A DNA stretch of 64,000 nt from Promethearchaeota archaeon (GCA_016840165.1 JAEOSU010000048.1:8364-72363), one strand, 5' to 3'; counted from the stretch's first letter, positions 8,598 to 19,327 are shown. Notes: a model not told the origin generated them from the letters alone. Made by a program: numbers and translations.

Positions 8598-9485
8598 ATG
8601 AAATGGAAAACAAAAATAACAGAACTTATAAAAATAAAATATCCAATTATTATGGGAGCTTTTGCAAGTGTAGGACGAGCTGAATTTGCTGCCAGTTTCT
8701 CAAATGCTGGGGGTTTAGGCATCATTACAGCTCTTAACTTTGGGACAAATGAAGATTTTAAAAAAGAAATGAAGAAAATGAAAAAACTTACCGATAAACC
8801 TTTTGGTGTTAATTTTTCGATAATGCCCCCAATGATGGCCGCAAAAGTACCTCATCCGCGAAATGAAGATTTTTATATGGATTATTTAGATATTGCACTC
8901 GAGGAGGGAATCAAAATTTTTACGACTTCTGCATATCAAGCTCCAAAGATATCTAAAAAGATATTAGATTCAGGATCTATTTGGTTTCATAAATGTACCA
9001 CATTAAAACATGCGCTTTCTGCAGAAAGGTTAGGCGCTCATGGAGTCACGATTGTCGGAGTTGAGGGTACTGGGTTTAAAAATCCCATTCAAAACACTAC
9101 GTTGGTAAATATGACTATGGCTCGAAAATTATTGAAGATTCCCCTCATCGCAGCAGGAGGTATCGGTGACGCAAGAGGCTTTCTTTCCGCCTTGGCAATG
9201 GGAGCTGATGCTGTATGCTTTGGCACAGCAATTTTAGCTACATATGAATGTAAAGCTCCCCAAAGCTATAAACGAAAATTAATTCACCAAGACGTTTTTG
9301 ATGAAGAATTTTACCATAAGATCTTTCACCATCAACTAAAAGATAAAAGTATTTGGAGTTATGCGGCAGGTCATATTGACAAAGAAATGTCAGTTCATGA
9401 ATTTATTGAGAGTGAGATTATAGAAAAGGCAGAAGAAGTATTGAGAGACTGGGGATTTCAAGGAGATAGATTTCAAACCTTTTAG
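8598..9485 (+). CDS. Nitronate monooxygenase / FabK-like FMN oxidoreductase
   Basis: KYPIIMG, SNAGGLG, KPFGVN, IAAGGIGD, GADAVCFGT. Confidence 0.9.
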   Translation: MKWKTKITELIKIKYPIIMGAFASVGRAEFAASFSNAGGLGIITALNFGTNEDFKKEMKKMKKLTDKPFGVNFSIMPPMMAAKVPHPRNEDFYMDYLDIALEEGIKIFTTSAYQAPKISKKILDSGSIWFHKCTTLKHALSAERLGAHGVTIVGVEGTGFKNPIQNTTLVNMTMARKLLKIPLIAAGGIGDARGFLSALAMGADAVCFGTAILATYECKAPQSYKRKLIHQDVFDEEFYHKIFHHQLKDKSIWSYAAGHIDKEMSVHEFIESEIIEKAEEVLRDWGFQGDRFQTF

Positions 9486-9577
9486 AAGATAGTGAGTAAA
9501 ATTTTAAGACTTATATCCATAACTTTAATGGCAATTAAATTTAGTATAAAAAGCAAATTAATTACTAGGAGATATAT

Positions 9578-10858
9578 ATGAAAATAGATTATGGGAAAAA
9601 CGGTCTGGAAATATCCGTTAATCCGAATTGGAATTTAACCATTTTACGACCCATTAATCAAAAAATTATTACAAAACCTATTAAAGCAATTAAAGAAGCT
9701 ATCCGAAACCCCATTGGAAGTATTTCTTTAAAAAACATAATCCAAAAGAAGAGGAAGGATAGCAATGTTTGTATTGTCATTGATGATGCTACTAGACCTG
9801 TTCCAAGTCATCTTATCCTCCAGGCACTCATCGAGGAATTAAACAATTATGGAGTCAAAGATGAGAATATCTTAATATTAATTGCCACAGGATTACATAG
9901 GAGTTCGAATGATGACGAAATTGAGAGGATGGTGGGACAAAAATTAATCAATAGAATAAATATTAAGAACCATCAATCCACAGATAAAGATAGCCTGGTA
10001 TTTGTAGGCAAAACGTCCACAAATAGTCCAATATATCTTAATAGGTACTACTATGAAAGTGATGTGAAGATTCTTACTGGTTACGTTGAACCTCATTTCT
10101 TTTTTGGTTTTTCTGGGGGAAGTAAATCTATTGTGCCGGGGATTGCGGGGGCTGAAACTATTCAAGCCAATCATTCTGCAGAAAATATTGCAGCTCCATA
10201 TTCTCGTTTTGGTATATATGAAAAGAATCCAATGGCTGAAATCTCAACTGAAATTGCTCATATCGCAGGTGTTGATTTCACTATTAATGTCTGTATCAAT
10301 GAAGAACACAAAATTACTCGAATTGCTGCAGGAGATTTATTAAAAGTTCATGATCATCTCGTAGATTATCAATTAAAATATATCTTTAAAGAAATTTCCA
10401 AACCATACGATATTGTAATTTGTGGAAATGGAGGATATCCTTTAGATATTAATTTATATCAAGCAGTTAAGAGTATGGCAATTGGAGAAATGGCAGTAAA
10501 AGAAGGAGGGACTATTATTTCTGTGAATGAATGCTCTGATGGTATAGGTGTAGGTCAAGATCATTTTAAGGCATTACTCTTTTCAAACTTAAAGCCAATA
10601 GAAATTTATGAGAAAATTCGAAATCATCAAATCATGGTTCCTGATCAATGGGAAATCCAAATCTTGGCACGTATAATGATGAAAGCAGAGATTTTTGTAA
10701 TATCCAAATTACTTGAAAATGAAATTGGCAATATTGGATTAAAATATGCAAGTAGTGTCGAAGAGGCTATAGAATTAGCTCTTCATAAGCATAGAAATGA
10801 TGCTAGTATCTTAATCCTACCAAATGGCCCTCAATTATTACCTTTAGTGAGAAATTAG
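9578..10858 (+). CDS. larA: Nickel-pincer lactate racemase family protein
   Basis: DDATRP, ATGLHR, EPHFFFGFSGGSK, GGYPLDINLYQAVK, DQW motifs. Confidence 0.88.
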   Translation: MKIDYGKNGLEISVNPNWNLTILRPINQKIITKPIKAIKEAIRNPIGSISLKNIIQKKRKDSNVCIVIDDATRPVPSHLILQALIEELNNYGVKDENILILIATGLHRSSNDDEIERMVGQKLINRINIKNHQSTDKDSLVFVGKTSTNSPIYLNRYYYESDVKILTGYVEPHFFFGFSGGSKSIVPGIAGAETIQANHSAENIAAPYSRFGIYEKNPMAEISTEIAHIAGVDFTINVCINEEHKITRIAAGDLLKVHDHLVDYQLKYIFKEISKPYDIVICGNGGYPLDINLYQAVKSMAIGEMAVKEGGTIISVNECSDGIGVGQDHFKALLFSNLKPIEIYEKIRNHQIMVPDQWEIQILARIMMKAEIFVISKLLENEIGNIGLKYASSVEEAIELALHKHRNDASILILPNGPQLLPLVRN

Positions 10859-11012
10859 AACTTAATATATCTATAGGATTTATAAAATATAATGGGATAA
10901 GATACCCATATAACATCTGTACGGGCACATATAACAAAGTCTAACAGTAATATTTTTAAATATTGGAGTTACTTAATATTGCATTGGATAATACTATTCA
11001 GTATTGCAAAGT

Positions 11013-11038
11013 TCGTTTTGAATTATAATTTAAAACGA
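11013..11038. promoter_or_regulatory. 26-bp near-perfect palindrome upstream of tfb, possible operator
   Basis: TCGTTTTGAATTA|TAATTTAAAACGA with one mismatch, about 60 nt before the likely tfb start. Confidence 0.35.
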
Positions 11039-11100
11039 TTACATTTTTGTATCTGAATTTAAATAGTATACTTAGAATTAAAAAATGAAATGTGGTAAAA

Positions 11101-12030
11101 ATGAGTTATAGAGACCGACTACGATCTGTCAAAGAGAACTCTGAAACAAAAGCAGGTAGTTGCAGTGAACAGTGTTGCGATAATCCTTGCATTGAATCAA
11201 GAGATGGCGATAATGTCTGCCTAAATTGTGGTATGATTCAAAGCCGAAATCTTGTAGGAAATGAGAGACGTGCATATACTGTAGAAGAGGTTAATAAAAG
11301 AAGAAGAACCGAACCTCGGTGGAGAGAATTCGGACCTCGCACTATGCTACCAAATACCAAGATCGACTCAAAGGGACGTCTGATCAATGCAAAAGGCAAA
11401 ACACTATTTTCCCGCTTATCTAAGATTCAGAATTCGTTGATTTCGAGTATCGAAAGAAATTTCTGGGAAGCAAAGCCAAAATTGAAGATGCTCACATCTA
11501 AAATGAATATCCCTGAATATATCAAAGAAACAGCGTGGAAAATTTATAGTGTAGTTGCTAGGAAAAAATTGACTATGGGACGTTCCATTGATGGTTTTAT
11601 CGCCGCATCCCTCTATGCAGCAATCCGAGTACATGAATTTCCACGCCTTCTTGAAGAAGTGTGCGATGCATCCATGACTCCTCGAAGAACTGTGCATAGA
11701 AGTTTAGGGATGGTAGTAAAAGAGGTCCTTCCAGAAATTGGATTGAAATATAGACCGATTACAGCTGAACAATTAGTATTTCGCTTTGGTAATGATTTAG
11801 GTTTACCAATGGAAGTTCAAAAGAAAGCCATCAATATGTTGACTGAAGCTTCAAAAAATGGGTTATTGCGAACCGGAAAAGATCCGAAAGGATTAGCCGC
11901 AAGTGTCATTTATATGGCCGCAAAGGCAAGTAATTGCCGTAAAACTCAAGCAGAAGTTTCTGAAGTTGCTAAAGTTACAGAAGTCACCCTCAGATCTAGA
12001 TCAAAGCAGATTAAATCAAAGTTGGTATAA
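11101..12030 (+). CDS. tfb: Transcription initiation factor IIB (TFB)
   Basis: Zn ribbon (CC...VCLNCG), two cyclin repeats (MGRS..IAASLY; GKDPKGLAASVIY; TQAEVSEVAKVTEVTLR). ATG at 11101 preferred over GTG at 11092. Confidence 0.95.
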   Translation: MSYRDRLRSVKENSETKAGSCSEQCCDNPCIESRDGDNVCLNCGMIQSRNLVGNERRAYTVEEVNKRRRTEPRWREFGPRTMLPNTKIDSKGRLINAKGKTLFSRLSKIQNSLISSIERNFWEAKPKLKMLTSKMNIPEYIKETAWKIYSVVARKKLTMGRSIDGFIAASLYAAIRVHEFPRLLEEVCDASMTPRRTVHRSLGMVVKEVLPEIGLKYRPITAEQLVFRFGNDLGLPMEVQKKAINMLTEASKNGLLRTGKDPKGLAASVIYMAAKASNCRKTQAEVSEVAKVTEVTLRSRSKQIKSKLV

Positions 12031-12043
12031 AATTAGGAAATAA

Positions 12044-12115
12044 AATTTTCTTTATCTTTTTGATTAGCTATTTTTAAAATTTTTTTGTTTCTTATTTATT
12101 TTTTTATTTTCCTTT
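12044..12115 (+). terminator. T-rich tract after tfb, candidate archaeal intrinsic terminator
   Basis: Several oligo-T runs directly downstream of the stop codon. Confidence 0.4.
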
Positions 12116-12177
12116 ATATCTTAGGATATTAAAGCTTAAAGCTTAAGCATATATATTCGTATTTTATTTGAATTATA

Positions 12178-12918
12178 ATGTCTTACATTGAAAAAAAATA
12201 CAAGAATAATATTTTTGAGACTTTTAATGAGCTTTCAGAGTTTGAAAAAGATATTTTAAATTTATTAAATCATAAATCCATCGCTTATACAGATAAAATT
12301 GCGAAACTGTGTGCGATTTGCAACAAGAAAATTAATCTTATTTTAAAGAAATACTATCCTGAAATTAAAAATATCGATGATAAATTAAATATTAAGGTAT
12401 ATCTCAAGTTTTATTACGATCTCATTGATAAGTTAACGGATTTAGTTAGAAATGTAGAGCAGTTTCAGAACCTAGATGAAAATTATTATAACACTATAAT
12501 CGATTTCATTTTAAATAAAGAAATTTTGATAAAGGGAAAATATAGGGATATATGCTCTAAGGAATTAACTTCTTTCTATGATAAAGAAACAAGGACGCAA
12601 ATAGAGAAGATTTTGATACAAAAAATCGAGAATAAAAATCGAGAATTTTTTTCAATGGGACCCTTAGAGGAGGAAATTAAAAAAGTGGCGCGATCTTATG
12701 GTGCCACCAATGTTTCGATAAAAAAAGCGGGAGAGAAAGAGAGAGACTTGATGTCGGATGCTTACTCAATTATCAGCTACGAGATTAAATCAGAGGCTAA
12801 TTCTGTAGGAATACAAGAAATTGGAAATCGTGTTAAAGATTTCCTAGAATCTAAAAAGTATTTAGTCATTTTAAAACCTAAACTTATTATAACAAACGCA
12901 AAATTACTTCCTGATTGA
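12178..12918 (+). CDS. Hypothetical helical protein
   Basis: 246-aa ORF with typical composition; no motif recognised. Confidence 0.7.
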   Translation: MSYIEKKYKNNIFETFNELSEFEKDILNLLNHKSIAYTDKIAKLCAICNKKINLILKKYYPEIKNIDDKLNIKVYLKFYYDLIDKLTDLVRNVEQFQNLDENYYNTIIDFILNKEILIKGKYRDICSKELTSFYDKETRTQIEKILIQKIENKNREFFSMGPLEEEIKKVARSYGATNVSIKKAGEKERDLMSDAYSIISYEIKSEANSVGIQEIGNRVKDFLESKKYLVILKPKLIITNAKLLPD

Positions 12919-13057
12919 ATTTGATCATTAAAATTTAGCTCAAAATTTAGAGGATATTTTATACCTATTTTTAAGTAACTCGGCATAAGTTCTTTTCCTA
13001 ATAAGCTCTACTAGTAAAATATTTAACGCTACTTACATTAGAAAAGATGATTAACAT

Positions 13058-14533
13058 ATGCCAAAAAAGAGAACTGAAATTCCTTTAACGGGTATTACTG
13101 TAAAAAAGGAAGACGACTTTTCTGCTTGGTACACTGAAATATTGACGAAAGCAGAAATTGCCGACATTCGTTATAATGTGAAAGGATTTGTTGTGTATCG
13201 AGAATGGGCCACAATTACTATTAAAAAAATGTATGCAAAATATGAAGAGTTATTAGAAAAGAATGGGCATTTACCATTAACGATGCCCTCCTTAATACCT
13301 GAATCAAATTTTCATTTAGAAGCACAACATGTGGAAGGTTTTACTCCTGAAGTATTTTGGGTCACTGAAGCAGGTAGTTCTGGTAAATTAAGTGAACGAT
13401 TAGCGCTTCGTCCTACAAGTGAGACTGCTCTATATAAAATGTATCCTTTTTGGATTCATAGTTATAAGGATCTACCATTTAAAAGATATTTATCCTGTCA
13501 AGTTTGGCGTTATGAAACTAAAATGACAAGACCTTTTTTTAGAGGTAGAGAATTCCACTGGATAGAAGCCCATAATGTGTATGCAACCATGGAAGAGGCT
13601 ATGGACCAAGTAAAAGAAGATATGGAAATGGCTTATGAGATGCTTCAAGAAGAATTTGCAATCCCTATTATCTTTTTTGAAAGGCCTCAATGGGATAAAT
13701 TTCCTGGAGCTGTAGCCACGTTTGCGGCAGATGTACTGATGGGTTCAGGAAAAGTGATGCAACAGCCATCAACACATTTACTTGGTCAGAATTTTTCAAA
13801 GCCATTTAATATAAAGTTTGTAGATAAAGATGGGGAGGAAAAATATGGCTATCAGACATGTTATGGCCCTGCAATTAGTAGAATCTATGGAGCAATGATA
13901 GCTTATCACGGAGATGATAAAGGTCTAGTCTTGCCATTTGATTTGGCACCCATTCAGATCATTATTATCCCTATTTTGTTTAAAAGTAAAGAAGAGGCAT
14001 TATTAAATAAAGCAAAAGAGGTTTTTAATTTATTCAAGAATCATTATAAAGTTAAAATTGATGATTCTGATGACTCACCTGGAAGTAAATTTTACAACTG
14101 GGAATTGAAAGGAGTGCCCATTAGAATTGAAATTGGACCTAAAGACTTACAAAAACATCAAGTAGTAATAGTAAAACGACATAATGGTGAAAAACTGGTT
14201 GTGAAAGAAGAGAATTTAATTAATAAAATAAATGAAATCGCTGAAAACTATACAAATGAGATTAAACATAAATCTTTAATTGATTTTGAATCCCAAATCG
14301 AAGAATGTTACGAAAAAGATGCTGCAATAGAAGCAATTAACAACGGGAAAATAGTGGCATGTGGATTTTGCTCGATTGATAAGGATGGAGAGAAATGTGC
14401 GGAAGTTGTAGAAAAAGATTTAGGTGCTTTTGTAAGAGGAAAGCGAGTTGGTGAGGAAAAACGGGAGTTCGCTACCTGCCTAATATGCGGAGAACCCGCT
14501 TCTTGTACAGTTTATCTAGCGAGGAGCTATTAA
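13058..14533 (+). CDS. proS: Proline--tRNA ligase, archaeal/eukaryotic type
   Basis: FSAWY, LRPTSET, RGREFHWIEAH, HLLGQNFSK, HGDDKGL, C-terminal CLICG...ARSY. Confidence 0.97.
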   Translation: MPKKRTEIPLTGITVKKEDDFSAWYTEILTKAEIADIRYNVKGFVVYREWATITIKKMYAKYEELLEKNGHLPLTMPSLIPESNFHLEAQHVEGFTPEVFWVTEAGSSGKLSERLALRPTSETALYKMYPFWIHSYKDLPFKRYLSCQVWRYETKMTRPFFRGREFHWIEAHNVYATMEEAMDQVKEDMEMAYEMLQEEFAIPIIFFERPQWDKFPGAVATFAADVLMGSGKVMQQPSTHLLGQNFSKPFNIKFVDKDGEEKYGYQTCYGPAISRIYGAMIAYHGDDKGLVLPFDLAPIQIIIIPILFKSKEEALLNKAKEVFNLFKNHYKVKIDDSDDSPGSKFYNWELKGVPIRIEIGPKDLQKHQVVIVKRHNGEKLVVKEENLINKINEIAENYTNEIKHKSLIDFESQIEECYEKDAAIEAINNGKIVACGFCSIDKDGEKCAEVVEKDLGAFVRGKRVGEEKREFATCLICGEPASCTVYLARSY

Positions 14534-14664
14534 AACTTTTTCTTACTTGTTTTATTATAGTTTTGTGTGTAAAAAAAACATATTATGTGTTAAAATAACA
14601 TAATTTCATTTTTTGTTATCATTTTAAATAGACTGAATTTATATTTTATTTCGAAAGAAAAAAG

Positions 14665-15231
14665 GTGGAAAAAATGGTAATTACAAAAACTTCAGTCTAT
14701 TGTGGTGAGGATTTCTATTTAAACTCCAATCAGATCCCTTTTGAAGACATAATTCCACCCGTCATAGGATGTCTTATTTCAGATAAAGATGGTAAAGCTA
14801 TTGTCTCTTTTGAGGTCTTTAAAGGTGCAATACAATTTTTCATGAAACAAAAAACGCACTCACATCGAGAAGAAAAACAATTCCAAATTGACCTTATACC
14901 GATGTATGTAAGTGCGATTGAATTGCTCTCTCATGAGCTCAACATACAAGGATTACCTGGAATAGATATAAACGGTGCTAATTTAAAACTCAAGATCATA
15001 TTTTCTTTTAAAGGATTTACAGCAACATTATTCCTCAATCCAACAGTTGATTTTAGCACAATAGAGGAGTTGACGAAAACTTACCTTTCGAATTTATTTG
15101 AGGAATTTGACCTGGAACTGAATAATACTAAACATGTGAGCTCTGATGAGTTCGTTAATTTCTTAGAAAGGGTAGGATTATGCTGGTTAATTGATCTAAA
15201 TGATGAATATCTACGTTTAACTCAAAATTAA
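14665..15231 (+). CDS. Hypothetical protein, divergent longin-like
   Basis: CLISDKDGKAIVSF hairpin then DLIPMYVSAIELLSHEL helix, resembling 7999..8412. Confidence 0.45.
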   Translation: MEKMVITKTSVYCGEDFYLNSNQIPFEDIIPPVIGCLISDKDGKAIVSFEVFKGAIQFFMKQKTHSHREEKQFQIDLIPMYVSAIELLSHELNIQGLPGIDINGANLKLKIIFSFKGFTATLFLNPTVDFSTIEELTKTYLSNLFEEFDLELNNTKHVSSDEFVNFLERVGLCWLIDLNDEYLRLTQN

Positions 15232-15260
15232 TTAAGAAAAAAAAAGAAAAATACAGAACA

Positions 15261-15425
15261 TCAGTTTATTGCACTAATGAGAGATTTATTGGACGATTCC
15301 TCAATTATAAAGATAGATTCCTTATCTTGGTATCCACAATCTAAACATTTTGCTATTTTTGGAGGGAAATAGCGAATTATTTTTGGTCTTCTCATGCTTG
15401 TGCAACTTGGGCATTTATAATACAT
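15261..15425 (-). CDS. Small zinc-ribbon protein (54 aa), not in ORF track
   Basis: Manual translation MYYKCPSCTSMRRPKIIRYFPPKIAKCLDCGYQDKESIFIIEESSNKSLISAIN*; CPxC and CxxCG knuckles. Confidence 0.7.
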   Translation of the reverse strand: MYYKCPSCTSMRRPKIIRYFPPKIAKCLDCGYQDKESIFIIEESSNKSLISAIN

Positions 15426-15567
15426 TTTAAATACCAATTTAAGTGATTAAGTTCCAATTACTTAATTCATAATTTAAACATATAAACCAAACGAAAATAG
15501 ATATTAGCATGGAAAACTTTAATTTAGTTCACTTATTTTCCTTTTTAAAATTGGATATAAGAAGTAT

Positions 15568-16473
15568 ATGGCGGTAAAAGCTCAGAATATATCGGATATT
15601 CATGAAGATGTCTATTTTATTCAAGGAAAAAACCGAGCGAGATATCCATATTCTAATTCTCTACTCTTAGATAATTATATAATAGATACTGGAATCTCAG
15701 GGAAATATTTAAGGAAACTTACACGTACTTATAAAATAGAGCATGTTATTCTCAGCCACTGGCATGAAGATCATATTTCTGGTAACCATTATTTACCAGA
15801 TGCCAAATTCCATTGCCATATTTTAGATAAACCGATCATTGAAAATATCGATAAAATGATCCCTTATTATGATATTGAACATGAAGGCGTTGGACAAGAA
15901 CTGGAAAAAATGTTCACTATGCTAGGTATGAAAGACACTCCGATAGATATTACATTTGATGATAACGAAATAATTGACATAGGCGATAGGATACAACTTA
16001 AAGTACTACATACTCCTGGCCATACGGCGGGACATTGTTCTTTCATTGAATTATCATCGAAGATAGGTTTTCTAGGAGATATAGATTTAACTAATCATCC
16101 TTATTATGGAAATATCGATGCAAATTTGATAGATTTTGAAAAATCGATTCAGAGATTATTGAATATAGATTTTGATATTGTAGTAACTGGGCACAGAGAT
16201 CCAATATTAGGTAAATCATTGATTAAAGAAAAGTTAAAAAATTATCACAACATAATATTGGAGCGTGAAGAGGGCATTCTTGCTGAATTTTCAGAACAAG
16301 ATCAACCTATTAATCCCTCTGATCTAAAGAATAAGAATCTAATCTATAAAGAATATTCTCTATTTGAAGATTTTGAGATTATTGCAGAAGAATTGATGAT
16401 TGAAAAGCATTTTAATAAACTAGAATCTATGAACAAAATTATATCTCAAGGTATTGGATACATTTTAAAATAA
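15568..16473 (+). CDS. MBL-fold metallo-hydrolase
   Basis: SHWHEDH, HTPGHTAGH, GD, TGH motifs. Confidence 0.9.
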   Translation: MAVKAQNISDIHEDVYFIQGKNRARYPYSNSLLLDNYIIDTGISGKYLRKLTRTYKIEHVILSHWHEDHISGNHYLPDAKFHCHILDKPIIENIDKMIPYYDIEHEGVGQELEKMFTMLGMKDTPIDITFDDNEIIDIGDRIQLKVLHTPGHTAGHCSFIELSSKIGFLGDIDLTNHPYYGNIDANLIDFEKSIQRLLNIDFDIVVTGHRDPILGKSLIKEKLKNYHNIILEREEGILAEFSEQDQPINPSDLKNKNLIYKEYSLFEDFEIIAEELMIEKHFNKLESMNKIISQGIGYILK

Positions 16474-16481
16474 TTTAAAAA

Positions 16482-17783
16482 ATGGGAACATCTATGAGCC
16501 GAAATAAACCTTTATTATTTGAGGTATACCCAGGACTAAAAGAAAAGATTCCTTGGGTTCCTATATTATCGAATGTACCCACTTCAGTCGAAAGGCTACG
16601 GCAAGTTGAAAAATATTTAGGAATTGAGGGAGGTGAACTCTGGATAAAGCGTGATGATAAAGATTATCATATCTACGGAGGAAATAAACTGCGGAAGTTT
16701 GAATTTATTTTTGGGAGGATTTTAAAGAAGAAAAGGAAAGGGGTAATTACCATTGGAGGGTATGGTTCCAATCATTGCTTAGCATGTGCAATTATAAGTA
16801 AGCTTTTTAATCTAAAATGCGAACTTTTTTTCTTTCACCAACCACTTACTTGGCATGTTCAACAATCTTTACTCCTTTATAATTATTTTAAGGCAAAACT
16901 TCATTTTAATAAAGGAATTCTTGGTGTAGCATTCAATGCTATTGTTTTTAAGATTTTTCATCCGAAGAATTATGCAATGTTGCCAGGGGGAAGTTTATTT
17001 TTTGGTATTGGCTCTCCATTAGGGATTATAGGTTTTATAAATGCAGCTATAGAATTAAAGCAACAAATTGATTCCGGAATTATAGAAGAACCAGATGTTA
17101 TTTTTGTAGCGGCTGGTACATGTGGAACCGCAGCAGGCTTAATCGCAGGATTTAAATTATTAGGGCTGAAAACCAGAGTTTATGCTGTTGCAGTTAGTAT
17201 GGATTGGATTGTGAATGCCTCTATTATTATGAAAAATGCTAACAAAGCTCTAAAATATTTGAGAAGAAAAGATAAAACAATACCGGATATTCATATTGAT
17301 GAGGATGACTTTGAATTGATTGAAGGATATCTTGGTTCTGAATATGGAGTTAAAACAAAACGAGGACAATTTGCTGTTGATAAAGTTGTGGAATTAGAAG
17401 GAGAAGAAAAAGGCTTTAAACTTGAAACGACATATACTGGTAAAGCTATGGCAGCAGTATTTGATTTTCTTAAATCACAAGAAAATAAAAATAAAAAAGT
17501 ACTCTTTTGGAATACTTATAATTCAAATGACTTAAGTAAGTATCTTAGAGAAACTAAAATGGATTTTAGCAAATTGCCTAAAAAGTTTCATAAATTTTAT
17601 CAAGAAAAAACATTTCAGTGCTGGCAAATTACTGATTGTCCAGAAAATATTAGAAATAATTGTCCCGCTTACTTGAATAGTGAATATCGATTTTGGAAGA
17701 TTACTGAATGTAAACTTGATCCAAAAAAAAGCCAAAAAGCAATTGAATATTTAACAGAAGTTATTACATTGGAAGAAAGCTAA
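16482..17783 (+). CDS. PLP-dependent D-cysteine desulfhydrase / ACC deaminase family enzyme with C-terminal Cys/Trp mini-domain
   Basis: IKRDD, GGNKLRK (PLP Lys), SNH, AAGTCGT, LETTYTGKA; tail CWQITDC...CPAY...FW...C. Confidence 0.85.
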   Translation: MGTSMSRNKPLLFEVYPGLKEKIPWVPILSNVPTSVERLRQVEKYLGIEGGELWIKRDDKDYHIYGGNKLRKFEFIFGRILKKKRKGVITIGGYGSNHCLACAIISKLFNLKCELFFFHQPLTWHVQQSLLLYNYFKAKLHFNKGILGVAFNAIVFKIFHPKNYAMLPGGSLFFGIGSPLGIIGFINAAIELKQQIDSGIIEEPDVIFVAAGTCGTAAGLIAGFKLLGLKTRVYAVAVSMDWIVNASIIMKNANKALKYLRRKDKTIPDIHIDEDDFELIEGYLGSEYGVKTKRGQFAVDKVVELEGEEKGFKLETTYTGKAMAAVFDFLKSQENKNKKVLFWNTYNSNDLSKYLRETKMDFSKLPKKFHKFYQEKTFQCWQITDCPENIRNNCPAYLNSEYRFWKITECKLDPKKSQKAIEYLTEVITLEES

Positions 17784-17788
17784 GAGAA

Positions 17789-19327
17789 TTATTCTTCGGA
17801 TAATGAACTCGTAAATTTAGAGAAATTTTCAACGATTCTCAGAAGAATTTGATACATAGGTTTTACATCTGCTATTTTTAATTGCTCATTTGGAGTATGT
17901 GCATTTTCAACAGTAGGACCTACAGCTACCATCTCAATTCCAGGAATTTTATTTCCTATCTCTCCTGTTTCTAGTCCTCCATGTACAATCGAAGTCTTCA
18001 CATCCTGATTTAAAATTGCTTCATATTGTTCCTTTACATATTTAAGAAACCTTGATTTTGGTTTTGGTTCCCATTCAGGCAAAACTGGTCGGAGTGTCAT
18101 GTTCCAGCCACCAAATTCTCCTAATTGTATCATCTTGCGCCTAAAGCTCTCTAACTCAGTACGGATGAGGCTCCGTGGATATATTTCTATACGGATATTA
18201 TCCCCAAGAGTATGAAGTATTGCAAAATTATTTGAACTTTCTACATTGCCCTTGTGAAAATAGGAATACCGTAATACTCCTTGAGGGATAAGACTTGAAG
18301 TCCTTATGACGAGATTGGTATCTTCAATTGAGAGAGATTTCGTTGGTTTGTCATATTTCCATGAAAGGGTTAAGTGTGGTTCAAAAACTTCAGTACTTTC
18401 TGCGGTAGATTGATAATAATTAGAAATTTTTTCAATTTCTTTCTTGATAATATCCTCAACTATATTTTTATCTGATGAAGTAAAAGCAAACTTTACATCA
18501 GCTTTGCGAGTAATAACATTTGATTTAGTACCTCCATTCCATTCACATAAATGAAGGTCAATTTTTCCTCGTAGCTGGGATAAAATTCTACTCATTAATT
18601 CATTAGCATTGGCTCTTGGAAGATGAATATCATCCCCCGAATGTCCACTTAAAAGTCCATCAATGGAGAGCATCATAAAAAGCAAATTCTCATTATCCTT
18701 GACTTCATTCCACTCAAATTTTTTTTCAAAAAATACTCGTCCCCCACACACCGATCCGATAGTAATTATTCCCAATGGACCACTATCAAGGTTTATCATA
18801 TGTTTGCTCTTAATTCCTAAGGTTTTAACATCTAGGTTCATCGCTCCGGTAAAACCGTCTTCTTCATTGACTGTAAAAAGTACCTCAAGTGGACCATGAG
18901 AGATGTTATCTTGGGTATCCACTATAAGCGCTAAAGCCAATGCAACGCCAATCCCATTATCTGCCCCTAAAGTAGTACCGTCTGCGTCAACCCATTCATT
19001 ATTCTCCTGAATTCTTATTGGAATACCTTGTTGATGGAAATTATAACCATTGGCCCTATCTGTTTCGCAGACCATATCCATATGTCCTTGCAGTAAAAGA
19101 GGAGGCACTTGTTCTAAACCTTGGGTAGCCGCTTTTTTTATTAATATATTTCCTACCTGATCTTCCGTTAATTTTAGCTTCAGATCCTTTTGGTGTGATT
19201 GTTGGACTAACCACTCTTTTATGGTCTCTCTAATTTTATCCTCATGTTTAGAAGGACGAGGAGTATTTGCGATTATATTCTCAAAGATATCCCAGACAAT
19301 ATGAGGTTCTAATTTTTCCCAAACCAT
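17789..19327 (-). CDS. pepD: Aminoacyl-histidine (Xaa-His) dipeptidase, M20C
   Basis: QGHMDMV, TTLGADNGIG, NEEDG, NLDS, GHSG, HGGLE, HTPNE. Confidence 0.92.
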   Translation of the reverse strand: MVWEKLEPHIVWDIFENIIANTPRPSKHEDKIRETIKEWLVQQSHQKDLKLKLTEDQVGNILIKKAATQGLEQVPPLLLQGHMDMVCETDRANGYNFHQQGIPIRIQENNEWVDADGTTLGADNGIGVALALALIVDTQDNISHGPLEVLFTVNEEDGFTGAMNLDVKTLGIKSKHMINLDSGPLGIITIGSVCGGRVFFEKKFEWNEVKDNENLLFMMLSIDGLLSGHSGDDIHLPRANANELMSRILSQLRGKIDLHLCEWNGGTKSNVITRKADVKFAFTSSDKNIVEDIIKKEIEKISNYYQSTAESTEVFEPHLTLSWKYDKPTKSLSIEDTNLVIRTSSLIPQGVLRYSYFHKGNVESSNNFAILHTLGDNIRIEIYPRSLIRTELESFRRKMIQLGEFGGWNMTLRPVLPEWEPKPKSRFLKYVKEQYEAILNQDVKTSIVHGGLETGEIGNKIPGIEMVAVGPTVENAHTPNEQLKIADVKPMYQILLRIVENFSKFTSSLSEE

